Positions 20,365 to 30,399 of a stretch of 54,527 nt of DNA are shown here, piece after piece. The first letter of the stretch is position 1; each line of letters opens with the position of its first letter. Below the pieces are notes generated by a model. That model did not search any database and was not told where the DNA came from. It worked only from the letters and a program-made list of their open reading frames with translations. Where the stretch lies: the sequence record SRR31156797_4838; one strand, given 5' to 3'. A program made the translations under genes and the position numbers.

Positions 20365-20450
20365 TTTCTTGCTCTCCAAAACAGCAGGGTTTGTAAAATC
20401 CGATCAAAAAATATAATTTATACAAGAGTTTTGTCCCTTTCCTGGTCAGG

Positions 20451-20645
20451 TCATAATGATGCAATTAGAAGTGATAAGACAATTGAATGTAGTATCCAGA
20501 TTACTGACTTTGTAGCTTCAAGCCAGGCAGGGACGAAGGACCATGGATAAGGGTGATTCCCTGTCTTTTCAAGATTGCTAAACCTTGAACTGTCTTCGAT
20601 CGTCACCAAGTATTTAGCTGCTTTTATAATGTCTTTTTTGTCCAT
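20451..20645 (-). CDS. Small hypothetical protein with hydrophobic C-terminus
   Basis: GAAGAGG SD and ATG start, 64 aa, divergent from LysR. No recognisable family. Confidence 0.4.
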   Translation of the reverse strand: MDKKDIIKAAKYLVTIEDSSRFSNLEKTGNHPYPWSFVPAWLEATKSVIWILHSIVLSLLIASL

Positions 20646-20822
20646 TTTGTGCCTCTTCTTTTTTGAATTTTTCGGATATGTGAGAAAAGGTAGCTAGCAA
20701 ATGAGAAATGGTCCAATCGTGTGTTTGGATGGTCTACTTCAGAAAAAATGATCACCCATGAACATTACGATCTGGTATGCTTATCGGATACTATAAAATT
20801 GACTGCAGAGTGGTGCTATTTG

Positions 20823-21710
20823 ATGGAGTTGTATCAACTAAAAACGTTTGTGATGGTGGCTGAAGAGGAACACCTGACACGTGCAGCTAAACGGCTTAAT
20901 GCCAGTCAGCCAGCCGTAAGTGCACATATAAAAACGCTTGAGGGTGAACTCGGAATAAATCTTTTTACAAGAACTCCAAAGGGCATGGCCCTTACTCCGG
21001 AAGGTATTCAACTTAAAAAATATGCTGACAAGGTGCTCGGTACCGTCAATGATATGATGGTTCACGCCACTACTTTACGAGGAACAATATCCGGTGAACT
21101 ACGATTAGGAGTTCATACTGAACCTGACTCATTACGGATTCCAGAACTATTTTCCACTTTGCAGGCACAGTATCCCTATCTGCAACTGCACCTTTTGCAA
21201 AGTATGACTGGCGAAGCTGTTGATCGTCTCGAAAGCAAAGAAATAGACGCCGCATATATTTATGGGAACCTTAGTTCAGAAAAAATTTTTTCAATGGAGC
21301 TACAGCAACTAAAGTTGATAGTTGCTGGTCCGGCAGAGTGGAGGGGGAAGCTAGAATCTGCAGATCCAAAAAGCTTGGAGCATTTTCCCTGGATTATGAC
21401 TCCGGATGATTGCCCATTTCACAATGTCGCCTCTCAATTATTCAGGAAATATAATATTTCTCCCGACCAAGTGGCGACTACTGATCAAGAGGCAGTAATA
21501 AAAACCATGGTCAAGGCGAAGGTGGGGCTTTCATTATTACTTGAGCGGGATACTGTACAGCAATCTATACAAAACGAATTTGCGATATGGGACAAAGAGG
21601 ATCTCACTCTTCCCCTTTCAGTCGTCTGTTTGGAAAGTCGAAAAAATGAACTTCTACTAAAAATTTTGATATCGTTACTTTCAGGAGTGTGGAGGCCTAC
21701 AACTCATTAA
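20823..21710 (+). CDS. LysR family transcriptional regulator
   Basis: MELYQLKTFVMVAEEEHLTRAAKRLNASQPAVSAHIKTLE...LFTRTPKGMALT HTH. Confidence 0.93.
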   Translation: MELYQLKTFVMVAEEEHLTRAAKRLNASQPAVSAHIKTLEGELGINLFTRTPKGMALTPEGIQLKKYADKVLGTVNDMMVHATTLRGTISGELRLGVHTEPDSLRIPELFSTLQAQYPYLQLHLLQSMTGEAVDRLESKEIDAAYIYGNLSSEKIFSMELQQLKLIVAGPAEWRGKLESADPKSLEHFPWIMTPDDCPFHNVASQLFRKYNISPDQVATTDQEAVIKTMVKAKVGLSLLLERDTVQQSIQNEFAIWDKEDLTLPLSVVCLESRKNELLLKILISLLSGVWRPTTH

Positions 21711-22212
21711 CAAATATAATAAGCTTGCCAAGCTGAATGTTATTAAAATTGATTTCAATTTATATTGAATTTTTCCTGTGCATTCGAGATCGCTGAGAGG
21801 CAGGAATCTCTTCACCAATACTATTCATTCTAGAAAAAAGATTGTCAGTGATTAACTTCGATTCTGCTTTATCACTGAACAGAGTTTTGTTCAGGTTCAA
21901 GTAGCTTTTTTTCCTACACTTCCCCAGGTGTACCCTCCAGTCTTTTCAGCTTTTGATATAATTCTGTGACTGGGGTTGGTCTTTTGGGTCAGTAACGTCA
22001 AGTTGTTGTGGCTAATTTGTGTCAAAGACAAGGGGGGAGGTCAGTCGTATCCACTCCCATCAAGGACACCTTCGTTATTGGTATTGCTAATGCAGCATAA
22101 TAAACAATAATTTCACTTCTATACGTTTTCGATTTACTGTACCCTTTCTTGAGACATTATTTTTATGAATTGTTTTATTTGATTACTGTTGTGAAGACTC
22201 ATAGGTATACAG

Positions 22213-22728
22213 TTGCTCTCCAATTTCGTTTTATCACAGATCTTGATCGGGATCGCCATTTGCTCTGATGTTCTTTCTTTCCAGTTTAAAGAAAGAACAA
22301 AGATAGTGGCTTGTTTGGTTGTGTCCTCAATATTTATTTCATGTCACTTCATGTTTTTGGGACACTGGACTGCGGCAATGTTGGGGCTACTTGCCGTAGC
22401 TCGATTTGCAAGTAGCATATTTACAACCTCGAAAAAAGTAATGTGGATCTTTCTCATGAGCACATTTATTATTTCAGCTTTTTCTTTTGAAGGATTGCTG
22501 TCTGTTCTGGGGTGTACTGCAACCATCTTCACTACCGCAGCTGCTTTTAGTAAGGATGATAAACTTCTCAGGCAATTAATGCTTACTGGTACCATGATCT
22601 GGATTCTCCATAACTATCTTGCCGGCTCACCAGGAGCTGTGCTCATGGAGGCTATTTTCATCAGTTCCAATCTCGTTGGTTATTTCCGCTACTACATCAG
22701 GCCCAAAAAACTAATCCTTCACCCATAA
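22213..22728 (+). CDS. YgjV-like inner membrane protein
   Basis: LSQILIG...SFQFK, HFMFLGHWTAA and WILHNYLAGSPGA motifs; hydrophobic throughout. Confidence 0.75.
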   Translation: MLSNFVLSQILIGIAICSDVLSFQFKERTKIVACLVVSSIFISCHFMFLGHWTAAMLGLLAVARFASSIFTTSKKVMWIFLMSTFIISAFSFEGLLSVLGCTATIFTTAAAFSKDDKLLRQLMLTGTMIWILHNYLAGSPGAVLMEAIFISSNLVGYFRYYIRPKKLILHP

Positions 22729-22897
22729 CATCCTAAGATTAAGAAGTGTTTGAATATCATCGGTATCTGGAAGGCTGGATGGGAGCAGGTCTTCTCATTA
22801 CCATGAGAGGTTTTTTCCTCTTGACGCAACCTCCCAAGCTTGGTATCGGTTATTGTCATATACAGTAACAATAACCGATACACAAAGGCGTATACTC

Positions 22898-23008
22898 ATG
22901 TCCCGCAACCTACTATCTACTCTCAACATAGCTGATTTCTCCAAGCTGTTTGCAGTAGTAGCAGTGGTCGTCGTGGTGATTATTAATGTGAGGAGCGAGG
23001 CGCCGTAG
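22898..23008 (+). CDS. ivbL: ilvBN operon leader peptide (36 aa)
   Basis: MSRNLLSTLNIADFSKLFAVVAVVVVVIINVRSEAP: 8 Val, 4 Leu (tandem CTA CTA), 3 Ile. Directly upstream of a terminator and ilvB. Confidence 0.9.
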   Translation: MSRNLLSTLNIADFSKLFAVVAVVVVVIINVRSEAP

Positions 23009-23065
23009 CGGTTACTGAAATTACTTTTCAACCCCTGTCGGCGCCTGCCGGCGGGGGTTTTTTTT
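22998..23065 (+). promoter_or_regulatory. Transcription attenuator (antiterminator and terminator)
   Basis: Terminator AACCCCTGTCGG...CCGGCGGGGGTT plus T run (23030-23065). Antiterminator AGGCGCCG (22998-23005) pairs with CGGCGCCT (23039-23046). Confidence 0.9.
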
Positions 23066-23117
23066 GCTCCCGCCAACAACAGCCGACAGCCAAACATGTA
23101 AAAAGAGGAGGTGTGTC

Positions 23118-24800
23118 ATGGAGCAGTTAACTGGAGCAGAACTGACCATAAGGCTGTTGGAGAAGTATGGGATAGAAACAATTGCAGGTATTCCGGGTGG
23201 GGCTAACCTGCCCTTGTACGATGCCCTTTCACGTTCAAAACAGATTCGGCATGTGCTTGCAAGGCATGAGCAGGGGGCGGGATTTATTGCTCAGGGAATG
23301 GCCAGGTCAAGCGGTAAGGCGGCGGTCTGTTTTGCTACCTCCGGTCCAGGTGCAACCAACATTGTCACCGCTCTTGCCGATGCCAATCTTGACTCAATTC
23401 CAGTGATCTGTATAACCGGTCAGGTTCCACTCTCCATGATTGGTACAGACGCTTTTCAAGAGGTGGATGTATACGGTCTCACCATTCCAATTACCAAGCA
23501 TAATTTCCTTGTCCGTTCAGCTCAGGATTTGCTGCGGGTTATCCCCGAAGCATTTCGTATTGCCACCAATGGGCGCCCAGGTCCTGTACTCATTGATATT
23601 CCAAAAGATGTACAGCTCGACATGGTAAGCATAACAGAACTGCCCAGCCCCGAAGCTGCTACTGGCCTTACTTATCATGTTCAAGAGGATTTGGCCCAGG
23701 TCGCAGCCATGATAAACAACGCCAAGAAACCGGTGTTTTATGTGGGGGGAGGTGTTGTACATAGTGATGCGGGTGCCATTGCCCGCTGTTTTGTTGAGAA
23801 GAGTAGCCTGCCGACCACCATGACTCTGATGGGGCTTGGCGTTATTCCACCTGAGCATGACCTGTTTATGGGTATGCTCGGTATGCATGCAGCTCGTTCC
23901 ACCAATATTATGCTGGACGAGTGCGATCTCCTGATTGCTGCTGGAGTCCGGTTTGATGACCGAGCCACCGGCAAGATTGCTGAATTTTGTCCCGGAGCAA
24001 GGATTATCCATATTGATATTGATCCCTGTGAAATCTGTAAACTAAAAGAGGCTCATTTCGGTCTGGTGGGCGACGTCCGTGAGACTCTGGAACGTTTGCT
24101 GCCGCTTATTGAGAGTAGGTCGCGGCGGTCGTGGAACCAGCAGATGCAATTGCTCCGCGCCAGGCATCCGTTCTTTTGTTCAGAAAATTTTGATTTTAAC
24201 AGTCCCTACGGGGTCATTATGCGAATTGCTGAGATCGTGGGTGACGAGGCCATTGTGGCAACAGATGTGGGGAAGCATCAGATGTGGACTGCGCAGGTGT
24301 ATCCCTTTAACCGGACGCGCCAGTTTTTAACTTCCGGGGGACTCGGTACTATGGGCTTTGGTCTGCCAACAGCCATTGGGGCAGCCTTGGCAAACCCAGA
24401 AAGAACCGTAGTTTGTATAACCGGGGATGGCAGTATTATGATGAACATTCAGGAACTGGCGACTGCCGCAGAGCAGAATGTGAATGTGAAAGTGATTGTT
24501 CTTAATAATCAATCGCTAGGCCTGGTTCGTCAGCAGCAAAAGCTTTTTTATGACGAGCATATCTTTGCATCCGAGTATGAACACCGGGTTGATTTTACCA
24601 CTATCGCCAGGGGCTTTGGTATGAAGTCATTTGATGCCGATGGCACCCTTGTTCTGGACGAACTGCTGACTGTTGCTCTGCAGACACCTGGGCCTTGTCT
24701 GATAAATATTCCGATAGATATAAATGAAGATGTTTACCCTATTGTCCCACCTGGTGCAGCCAACTCTGTTATGATTGGAGGAAATTATGAGTGCGCATAA
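23118..24800 (+). CDS. ilvB: Acetolactate synthase large subunit
   Basis: GIPGGANLPLYD, RHEQGAG, TSGPGATN, RFDDR and GDGSIMMN (TPP) motifs. AGGAGG SD. Confidence 0.96.
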   Translation: MEQLTGAELTIRLLEKYGIETIAGIPGGANLPLYDALSRSKQIRHVLARHEQGAGFIAQGMARSSGKAAVCFATSGPGATNIVTALADANLDSIPVICITGQVPLSMIGTDAFQEVDVYGLTIPITKHNFLVRSAQDLLRVIPEAFRIATNGRPGPVLIDIPKDVQLDMVSITELPSPEAATGLTYHVQEDLAQVAAMINNAKKPVFYVGGGVVHSDAGAIARCFVEKSSLPTTMTLMGLGVIPPEHDLFMGMLGMHAARSTNIMLDECDLLIAAGVRFDDRATGKIAEFCPGARIIHIDIDPCEICKLKEAHFGLVGDVRETLERLLPLIESRSRRSWNQQMQLLRARHPFFCSENFDFNSPYGVIMRIAEIVGDEAIVATDVGKHQMWTAQVYPFNRTRQFLTSGGLGTMGFGLPTAIGAALANPERTVVCITGDGSIMMNIQELATAAEQNVNVKVIVLNNQSLGLVRQQQKLFYDEHIFASEYEHRVDFTTIARGFGMKSFDADGTLVLDELLTVALQTPGPCLINIPIDINEDVYPIVPPGAANSVMIGGNYECA

Positions 24801-25083
24801 CAAACAGCCAGTCGCTGTTCTCGAACTGCTTGTCCGTAATCACCCAGGGGTGATGTCCCATGTCTGCGGTTTGTTTTCCAGGCGTGCCTATAATGTGGAT
24901 GGAATTGTCTGTCTGCCGGTTGCTGCCGGTGCGACCAGTAAGATTTATCTGCAGGTGAGCGAGGAAGAGCGGTTGGACCAGATAATGAAACAGATACAAA
25001 AACTATCAGATGTTGAAGGCGTGGTTCGGTATACAGGTGATCACCCTGTATTTACAGAGATCGCACCTTGTTTTGTCCATTAG
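24787..25083 (+). CDS. ilvN: Acetolactate synthase small regulatory subunit (IlvN type)
   Basis: ACT domain LELLVRNHPGVMSHVCGLFSRRAYNVDG, 98 aa. Confidence 0.93.
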   Translation: MSAHNKQPVAVLELLVRNHPGVMSHVCGLFSRRAYNVDGIVCLPVAAGATSKIYLQVSEEERLDQIMKQIQKLSDVEGVVRYTGDHPVFTEIAPCFVH

Positions 25084-25119
25084 CAGCTCATGAGAGTCGA
25101 TTGCAGGGTGGAATATCTG

Positions 25120-25155
25120 GCTGCCACCGGTAAGAAGCACTTTACCGATGGCAGC
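25120..25155. terminator. Hairpin between convergent ilvN and SIMPL genes
   Basis: GCTGCCACCGGTAA...TTACCGATGGCAGC inverted repeat. Confidence 0.55.
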
Positions 25156-25181
25156 TGGGTATAATATTGAGATCCGGTTGA

Positions 25182-25907
25182 TCAAATATCGGTGAGCATA
25201 TAGTCCACCGTGGTAACGAGCCTGATTTTTTTACGATAGGGGCTGTTTCGGTCACGGTCGACGATTGAGAAGATGCCCTGGCGTGCATTTCTAATTTTAC
25301 CGACTACACTTCCAGAATCACGGGCAAATTGCTCTGCAGCCTTACGAGCACTTTCAGTTGCTTCCCGAATCATATCCGGCTTGATGCTGTTGAGGGTGGT
25401 GTACAGAAATTCAGGCCGCATCTGGTATTCATCCCCGGTTAAAACGATCCCTTGTTTGATCAGTTCGCTTGATTTGGCCATAAGCTGGCGAACCAGATTA
25501 ACATTTTCAGAGCGTACCGTCAGGGTTGCGCGGGCGAGGTAACGATGCTGCCGCTGCTGGTTGGCAGGGTTGTATTTTCTTGCCTGAAAGTCGGTGATGT
25601 CCGGTGGGTTGGTGGTAATATTTGTCGGTTGTATACCGCTTGTGGTCAGAAAGGTGGTTACTGCGGCCTGCCTTACCTGCATTATTTCATAGAGTTTTGG
25701 CAGCTCATTACCAGCTTCGGCAAAGGAAAGCGGCCAAGTTACCTGATTGGCATCCACCTCCCTTTCTGCCAGTCCTTTAACCGTAACGTAACGATCAGCA
25801 TCTTTAAAGGAAAGGAGCGCTTCACCGCTGAGAAAAGCAGCACCGATGAGGCCAAGAGCAATGAGGAGGCCGAGGATAAAAGCTGCTGCCGGATTGTTGG
25901 TATGCAT
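25182..25907 (-). CDS. SIMPL domain (DUF541) protein
   Basis: N-terminal TM, RYVTVKGLAEREV, IKPDMI, AEQFARDSG and ARQGIFSI motifs. Confidence 0.88.
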   Translation of the reverse strand: MHTNNPAAAFILGLLIALGLIGAAFLSGEALLSFKDADRYVTVKGLAEREVDANQVTWPLSFAEAGNELPKLYEIMQVRQAAVTTFLTTSGIQPTNITTNPPDITDFQARKYNPANQQRQHRYLARATLTVRSENVNLVRQLMAKSSELIKQGIVLTGDEYQMRPEFLYTTLNSIKPDMIREATESARKAAEQFARDSGSVVGKIRNARQGIFSIVDRDRNSPYRKKIRLVTTVDYMLTDI

Positions 25908-25946
25908 AGAGAACGGCCTCCTTAACTTATTATGCTTACTTCACTT

Positions 25947-26654
25947 TTATAATGACAATGCTGTGCCTATTTCCTGCTGCATGGCAGTAATAACCTGATG
26001 TTGGTTCTCTGCATCTCGGATAGGTCGGCCAACTACCAAGTAATCGGCACCATCTGTGATTGCATTGGCCGGAGTGGCAATACGCTGCTGATCATTGGCG
26101 GCAGAACCGGCAGGGCGTATACCTGGCGTGACCATAATGAAATCTTGCCCCAGTTTTTGTCTGAGCGCTGCTGCCTCCATGGCGGAACAGACAATGCCGT
26201 GGCTGCCGCAGGCAATAACTGCTGCTGAGCGTTGTTCAACCAACTGGTCAACCGTTCCCTGAAAATGAAGCTCTTTCAGGTGTTCCGCTCCCATGCTGGT
26301 CAAGACTGTAACGGCAAGAATGTTGATATCTGTGTCAGCCGCCAGCGCTGCCTCCACAACAGGGGTGTAACCGTGCACTGTCGTAAGGGCGACCCCTCGG
26401 TCTGCAAATTGTTTTACAGCCAGCGTGACAGTGGCTGGTATGTCGTAGAGTTTGAGATCAAGCATCACCTTGTTGCCACGGCCTACGATATGATCAACTA
26501 CAGACCAGCCACCGGCAAAAAAGAGCTGCAGGCCAACTTTGAAAAACTTGATTTGGTCGTCAAGCTGTTCCACCAGTGCAGCCGCCTGTTTCGGGTCAGC
26601 CACATCCAGCGCAAAAATGATTCTTTCATTGAGTGGAATGTGGTTGTCTTTCAT
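25947..26654 (-). CDS. pyrF: Orotidine-5'-phosphate decarboxylase
   Basis: FALD, FKVGL, DLKLYDIPAT, VTPGIRP and VVGRPI motifs. Confidence 0.96.
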   Translation of the reverse strand: MKDNHIPLNERIIFALDVADPKQAAALVEQLDDQIKFFKVGLQLFFAGGWSVVDHIVGRGNKVMLDLKLYDIPATVTLAVKQFADRGVALTTVHGYTPVVEAALAADTDINILAVTVLTSMGAEHLKELHFQGTVDQLVEQRSAAVIACGSHGIVCSAMEAAALRQKLGQDFIMVTPGIRPAGSAANDQQRIATPANAITDGADYLVVGRPIRDAENQHQVITAMQQEIGTALSL

Positions 26655-26983
26655 GCTGCGATCATCTCCTCGGTGAGCATCCGATCAGCAAAGTCGAGCA
26701 CAAACTGGCGTTGGGCTGGCGTTGCCTGTGCAATGCAGGAGCAGTGCATATTGCTTGCGCTGCGAACAAGCAGTTCAAATTTTACAGAACCTTCTTCCAG
26801 AATGACTGAAAAGTAGAAGGGGCCACAGTCTTCATGGCCGATCTGTTTTTCACCCAGGAGATCCGGCGGTACTTCCAGGAAAAAGACGCCTTCCAAGGAA
26901 CCGGGTTTAAGGGCTCGTTTAAGATAACTGTCAAGGTTGTCCTTCTCAAGAAAAGAAAGTTCATCAATCATGAAGTAGCGCAT
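26651..26983 (-). CDS. Conserved hypothetical protein
   Basis: GAGG SD; stop overlaps the pyrF start (ATGA); contains H-x2-C and HCSC. Confidence 0.75.
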   Translation of the reverse strand: MRYFMIDELSFLEKDNLDSYLKRALKPGSLEGVFFLEVPPDLLGEKQIGHEDCGPFYFSVILEEGSVKFELLVRSASNMHCSCIAQATPAQRQFVLDFADRMLTEEMIAA

Positions 26984-27217
26984 GGTTTTCCTCAAATTTT
27001 TTTATATTTTAGATAATGTCGCCCGCAAGTGATCAAGGGTGCGTATTACGTCACGGCTGTTTCGTCAGAGTTCGTCATTGTTCCTCAATCACTGTAATGG
27101 GCAGGGCAACGGGATAGTCGGAAAAGGAGAAAGGTGCACGGCTGTTATGGAGCATATATTGGTGTTGAAAAAAAGATTTTTTTTGGCATAGAACGGCTGT
27201 TGAAGGGGTGCTATTGG

Positions 27218-28333
27218 TTAAAGGTCCAGGAAGGTTTTGTCTTTGTTGAGGAGTTCGTAGCCATTCTTTGTAACGATGACCATGTTTTCCAACCTGATAC
27301 CACCCCACTCCGGCAGATAGATTCCCGGTTCAACCGTGACCACCATACCTGGCTTGAGTTTTTTGCGGCTCATTGGTGACAGTCGAGGCTCTTCATGAAC
27401 GGCAATACCAACACCATGACCAAGGCTATGCTGAAAGGCTTCTCCGTAGCCTCCGTCCTTGATTACCTGCCGTGCCGCTTGGTCAACATCTTTGCAGATT
27501 GCACCACCGCGGATAGCTTTCATACCAGCAAGCTGAGCCTTGCGTACAAGTCGCAGTCTTTTTTTGAAGGTGGAATCAGGCTTGCCGGCGATAAAAGTAC
27601 GGGTCATGTCTGAACAGTATCCCCTGTAAATGAGGCCCATGTCAATGAGTACAAGCTCCCCTGCTTCAAGGACTCTATCGGTTGGGATGGCATGGGGCTT
27701 GGCTGCGTTGCTACCAAAGGCGACAATGGTATCAAAGCTTGGTCTTTCCGCTCCAAGTTCGTGCATGGTCAGGTCAATCGCCAGGGCAACTTCCCGTTCG
27801 GTCATACCCGGTTCGATGCTGTTATACACCATCTTGAAAACCTGTTCATTCAATCGGGTAGATTCGCGGAGCAGTTCCAGTTCGTCCTCGGACTTGATGA
27901 TCCGCATTCGCTCAATCATCTCGGTAACCGGCTTGAGATCAATGGCGGTCTTTGCCGCCATTTTTGAGAGGCGGGCAGCAGTGGAATGCAGGGTGTAGTT
28001 ACTCTCAAAACCAAGGGATGCAACACCCAATGACGGCAGTAACTTTTTGAGCAGTTTAATAGGCCCTTTGGGATAATTTTGTACCTGGTAACCTTTAGCC
28101 TCTTCTTCTGCCTGCAGGGTAAAACGTGAATCTGTGAGGAGGTAGGGTTTACCACTGCGGGGGATGAGCAATATTCCTGATGTTTCCTGGATACCATGGT
28201 CACTGGCCGTGTATCCACTGAGGTAGCGTCTGTTTTCAGGTTGGGTGACAAGCAGAGCGTCTATCTTTTCCTTTTTTAAGGTCTTCTGGAGTTTTTCTAC
28301 CCGTTGAAGATGAGATCGTTTGCCCATGATCAC
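27218..28333 (-). CDS. Aminopeptidase P / Xaa-Pro peptidase (M24B)
   Basis: NRRYLSGY, YCSDMTRT, HSLGHGVG, HEEP, TVEPGIY and GIRLEN motifs. Confidence 0.93.
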   Translation of the reverse strand: MIMGKRSHLQRVEKLQKTLKKEKIDALLVTQPENRRYLSGYTASDHGIQETSGILLIPRSGKPYLLTDSRFTLQAEEEAKGYQVQNYPKGPIKLLKKLLPSLGVASLGFESNYTLHSTAARLSKMAAKTAIDLKPVTEMIERMRIIKSEDELELLRESTRLNEQVFKMVYNSIEPGMTEREVALAIDLTMHELGAERPSFDTIVAFGSNAAKPHAIPTDRVLEAGELVLIDMGLIYRGYCSDMTRTFIAGKPDSTFKKRLRLVRKAQLAGMKAIRGGAICKDVDQAARQVIKDGGYGEAFQHSLGHGVGIAVHEEPRLSPMSRKKLKPGMVVTVEPGIYLPEWGGIRLENMVIVTKNGYELLNKDKTFLDL

Positions 28334-28917
28334 ACACCAAGTCGTTGTTTAAGTTGATCTCGGTACTGTTGCAGGGCCTGTTCGTATTGCCCGTTGAGAT
28401 CCCCTTCAATGCGTGTCCACTCTTCTTTGAATTGGGGTTCAAGCGTTGGGTCGATTTGCAGCCCTTCTGATGACATCCCTTTTTGGGCAAGCATTTGTTC
28501 GATCTGCATCTGTACCTGTCCTTTGAGCTGCTCGTAATATTGTTCTCTGTGTTTGCCGTACTGTCCGGTAATACTTTGCAGTTCCCCGCACATTGTTGCC
28601 AGGTCACTTGCTCCGCCGCCTAGCTCGATGATGCCTTTGAGAGCGGTGTCGATACGCTTAGTCGCCTCTTCATCCCGGGCAAGAAAGACGTTGCGAAGCA
28701 GTACCTCAAGCATACCCTTGCGAATAGAATCCTGCTGCGGCGCAGGTTGTTGGTTAAGAGTTTCGGTTAATGGTGCCGCCTGTTGGTTGATAAATTCGGC
28801 GGCCAATTGCATCCCTTTTTTATGGGAGGCATCCTGTTCCATTTCGTCGGAGGTAGCCATACCCATACGTGCAGCTCTTTCCATTACCAGTTCCATGGTG
28901 GATTTGATTTCAGCCAT
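28330..28917 (-). CDS. Conserved hypothetical helical protein (DUF6657-like)
   Basis: MAEIKSTMELVMERA N-terminus, AGGAG SD, coupled to the downstream peptidase. Confidence 0.75.
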   Translation of the reverse strand: MAEIKSTMELVMERAARMGMATSDEMEQDASHKKGMQLAAEFINQQAAPLTETLNQQPAPQQDSIRKGMLEVLLRNVFLARDEEATKRIDTALKGIIELGGGASDLATMCGELQSITGQYGKHREQYYEQLKGQVQMQIEQMLAQKGMSSEGLQIDPTLEPQFKEEWTRIEGDLNGQYEQALQQYRDQLKQRLGV

Positions 28918-28989
28918 TATATATAAACTCCTTATTTAAGTAGAGGTGGGGGCTATCTGGCGAACGATTATAAGCATTGTTGGCCTAAA

Positions 28990-30399
28990 CTACAAGGCAG
29001 GAGAATGCTGAAGGGCTGCTGCAAAAAAGCCGTCATTGGTGGGCGTGGGTAGAGGTTTGAAAAATCCGTGTTTATCCACAAAACAATGAGCTGTTTCAGG
29101 GAGCAGTGTGCGCGCATCTAGAATTGAATAGCTGGGGACGGTAGCCAGGAAACGAGCGATTATATGGTCATCTTCTTCTGGCTCCATTGAGCATGTCGCG
29201 TAAACCAGGATGCCGCCAGCCTTGAGCAGCGATGCACCAACGGTAAGGAGTTGTAATTGATTTTTTTGGAGCTCCATGATGTCGCTTGAGCGACGATTCC
29301 AGCGGATGTCCGGGTGGCGGCGAATGACACCTGTTCCGGAGCAGGGGACATCGAGCAGGATGGCGTCAAAATCCTGGGGATGAGTGGCTGCAAACTCCTC
29401 TAGGCTCGACTGGATGATCGTTGCCTGTTGGTTGAGGTGCAAGCGAGTCAGGTTCTCAAGAAGCAGGTTTGAACGTCGTTGGTCTGGTTCCACGGCTATG
29501 ATTTTCCCATTGTCAGCAGCCAGCTGTGCCAGGTGACTGGTTTTCCCACCTAATCCTGCGCAGCCGTCTAAGATTCGTTTTTTATCATGCAGCGGGCCTA
29601 ACAATAAGGTAGCGAGTTGTGCGGATTCATCCTGTACCTGAAAAGCACCTTGTGCGAATCCGGGCAGATCGGTCACCATTCCCGTGTACGAAGGCAGATG
29701 TATACCCAGGTTACTGTGGGTGCTGCTGACCGCTTCTATCTGCTGTTGAGCCAAAGCGGTGAGGAGGTCTTCCCTGGACATAATCCGGGTATTCACCCGC
29801 AGGGTCAGCAATGGTTCAGTATTATTGAGGCGACATATATCTTCGGTCTGTTTTTTGCCAAATTGCTGTTGCCACCTTTCAATCATCCACCATGGGTGGT
29901 TGAGGATCAGTTGTCCTTTAATTTTCGCTTTATCCGGGGTGGTCAGAGTCTCTTTCTGGCGGTTCACGTTGCGTAGGATGCCGTTGGCAAACCCCTGTAA
30001 CCAGCGCGGTTGTTTTGCATCTTTTAACGTGTCAACTGTTGCGTTTACAGCTGCTGATGCCGGGATGCGGTCAAGGAAAAGGAGTTGGTATACACCTATC
30101 TCAAGGGTAATCAGTGTCCTTGGCTTCATTTTTTTCAAGGGGTGCTTGGAAAATTTTTCAATGATGAAGTCAAGGTATTGTTTTTGGCGCAAGACGCCGT
30201 AGACAAGTGTTTTAGTAAACCCTCTGTCTCGTGGTGGGAGCTGTGTTGTCAGTTTGTTGAAAAAAACATCAACCGGTGTGTGCTCTGTCTGGCAACCAAG
30301 GAGGATCTCTATGGCTGTTGTTCTTGCAGAGCTGTTGGTGGGTGTTTTCGATTGTTGCTTACGGGATGGGGATTTGCTTCTTCGGGGGTTGGGTGTCAC
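28990..30399 (-). CDS. rsmB: 16S rRNA (cytosine967-C5) methyltransferase
   Basis: NusB-like N-terminus, VQDESAQ, DGCAGLGGKT, DVPCSGTG and YATCS motifs. Confidence 0.93.
   Translation of the reverse strand: MTPNPRRSKSPSRKQQSKTPTNSSARTTAIEILLGCQTEHTPVDVFFNKLTTQLPPRDRGFTKTLVYGVLRQKQYLDFIIEKFSKHPLKKMKPRTLITLEIGVYQLLFLDRIPASAAVNATVDTLKDAKQPRWLQGFANGILRNVNRQKETLTTPDKAKIKGQLILNHPWWMIERWQQQFGKKQTEDICRLNNTEPLLTLRVNTRIMSREDLLTALAQQQIEAVSSTHSNLGIHLPSYTGMVTDLPGFAQGAFQVQDESAQLATLLLGPLHDKKRILDGCAGLGGKTSHLAQLAADNGKIIAVEPDQRRSNLLLENLTRLHLNQQATIIQSSLEEFAATHPQDFDAILLDVPCSGTGVIRRHPDIRWNRRSSDIMELQKNQLQLLTVGASLLKAGGILVYATCSMEPEEDDHIIARFLATVPSYSILDARTLLPETAHCFVDKHGFFKPLPTPTNDGFFAAALQHSPAL

Noticed and set aside
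21711-22212. 500-bp intergenic region with short inverted repeats
   Set aside because: The IRs are short and AT-rich, with no recognisable RNA family or ORF.
22798-23097. Minus-strand 99-aa ORF with a Thr run
   Set aside because: Antisense shadow of the Val-rich leader peptide and attenuator.
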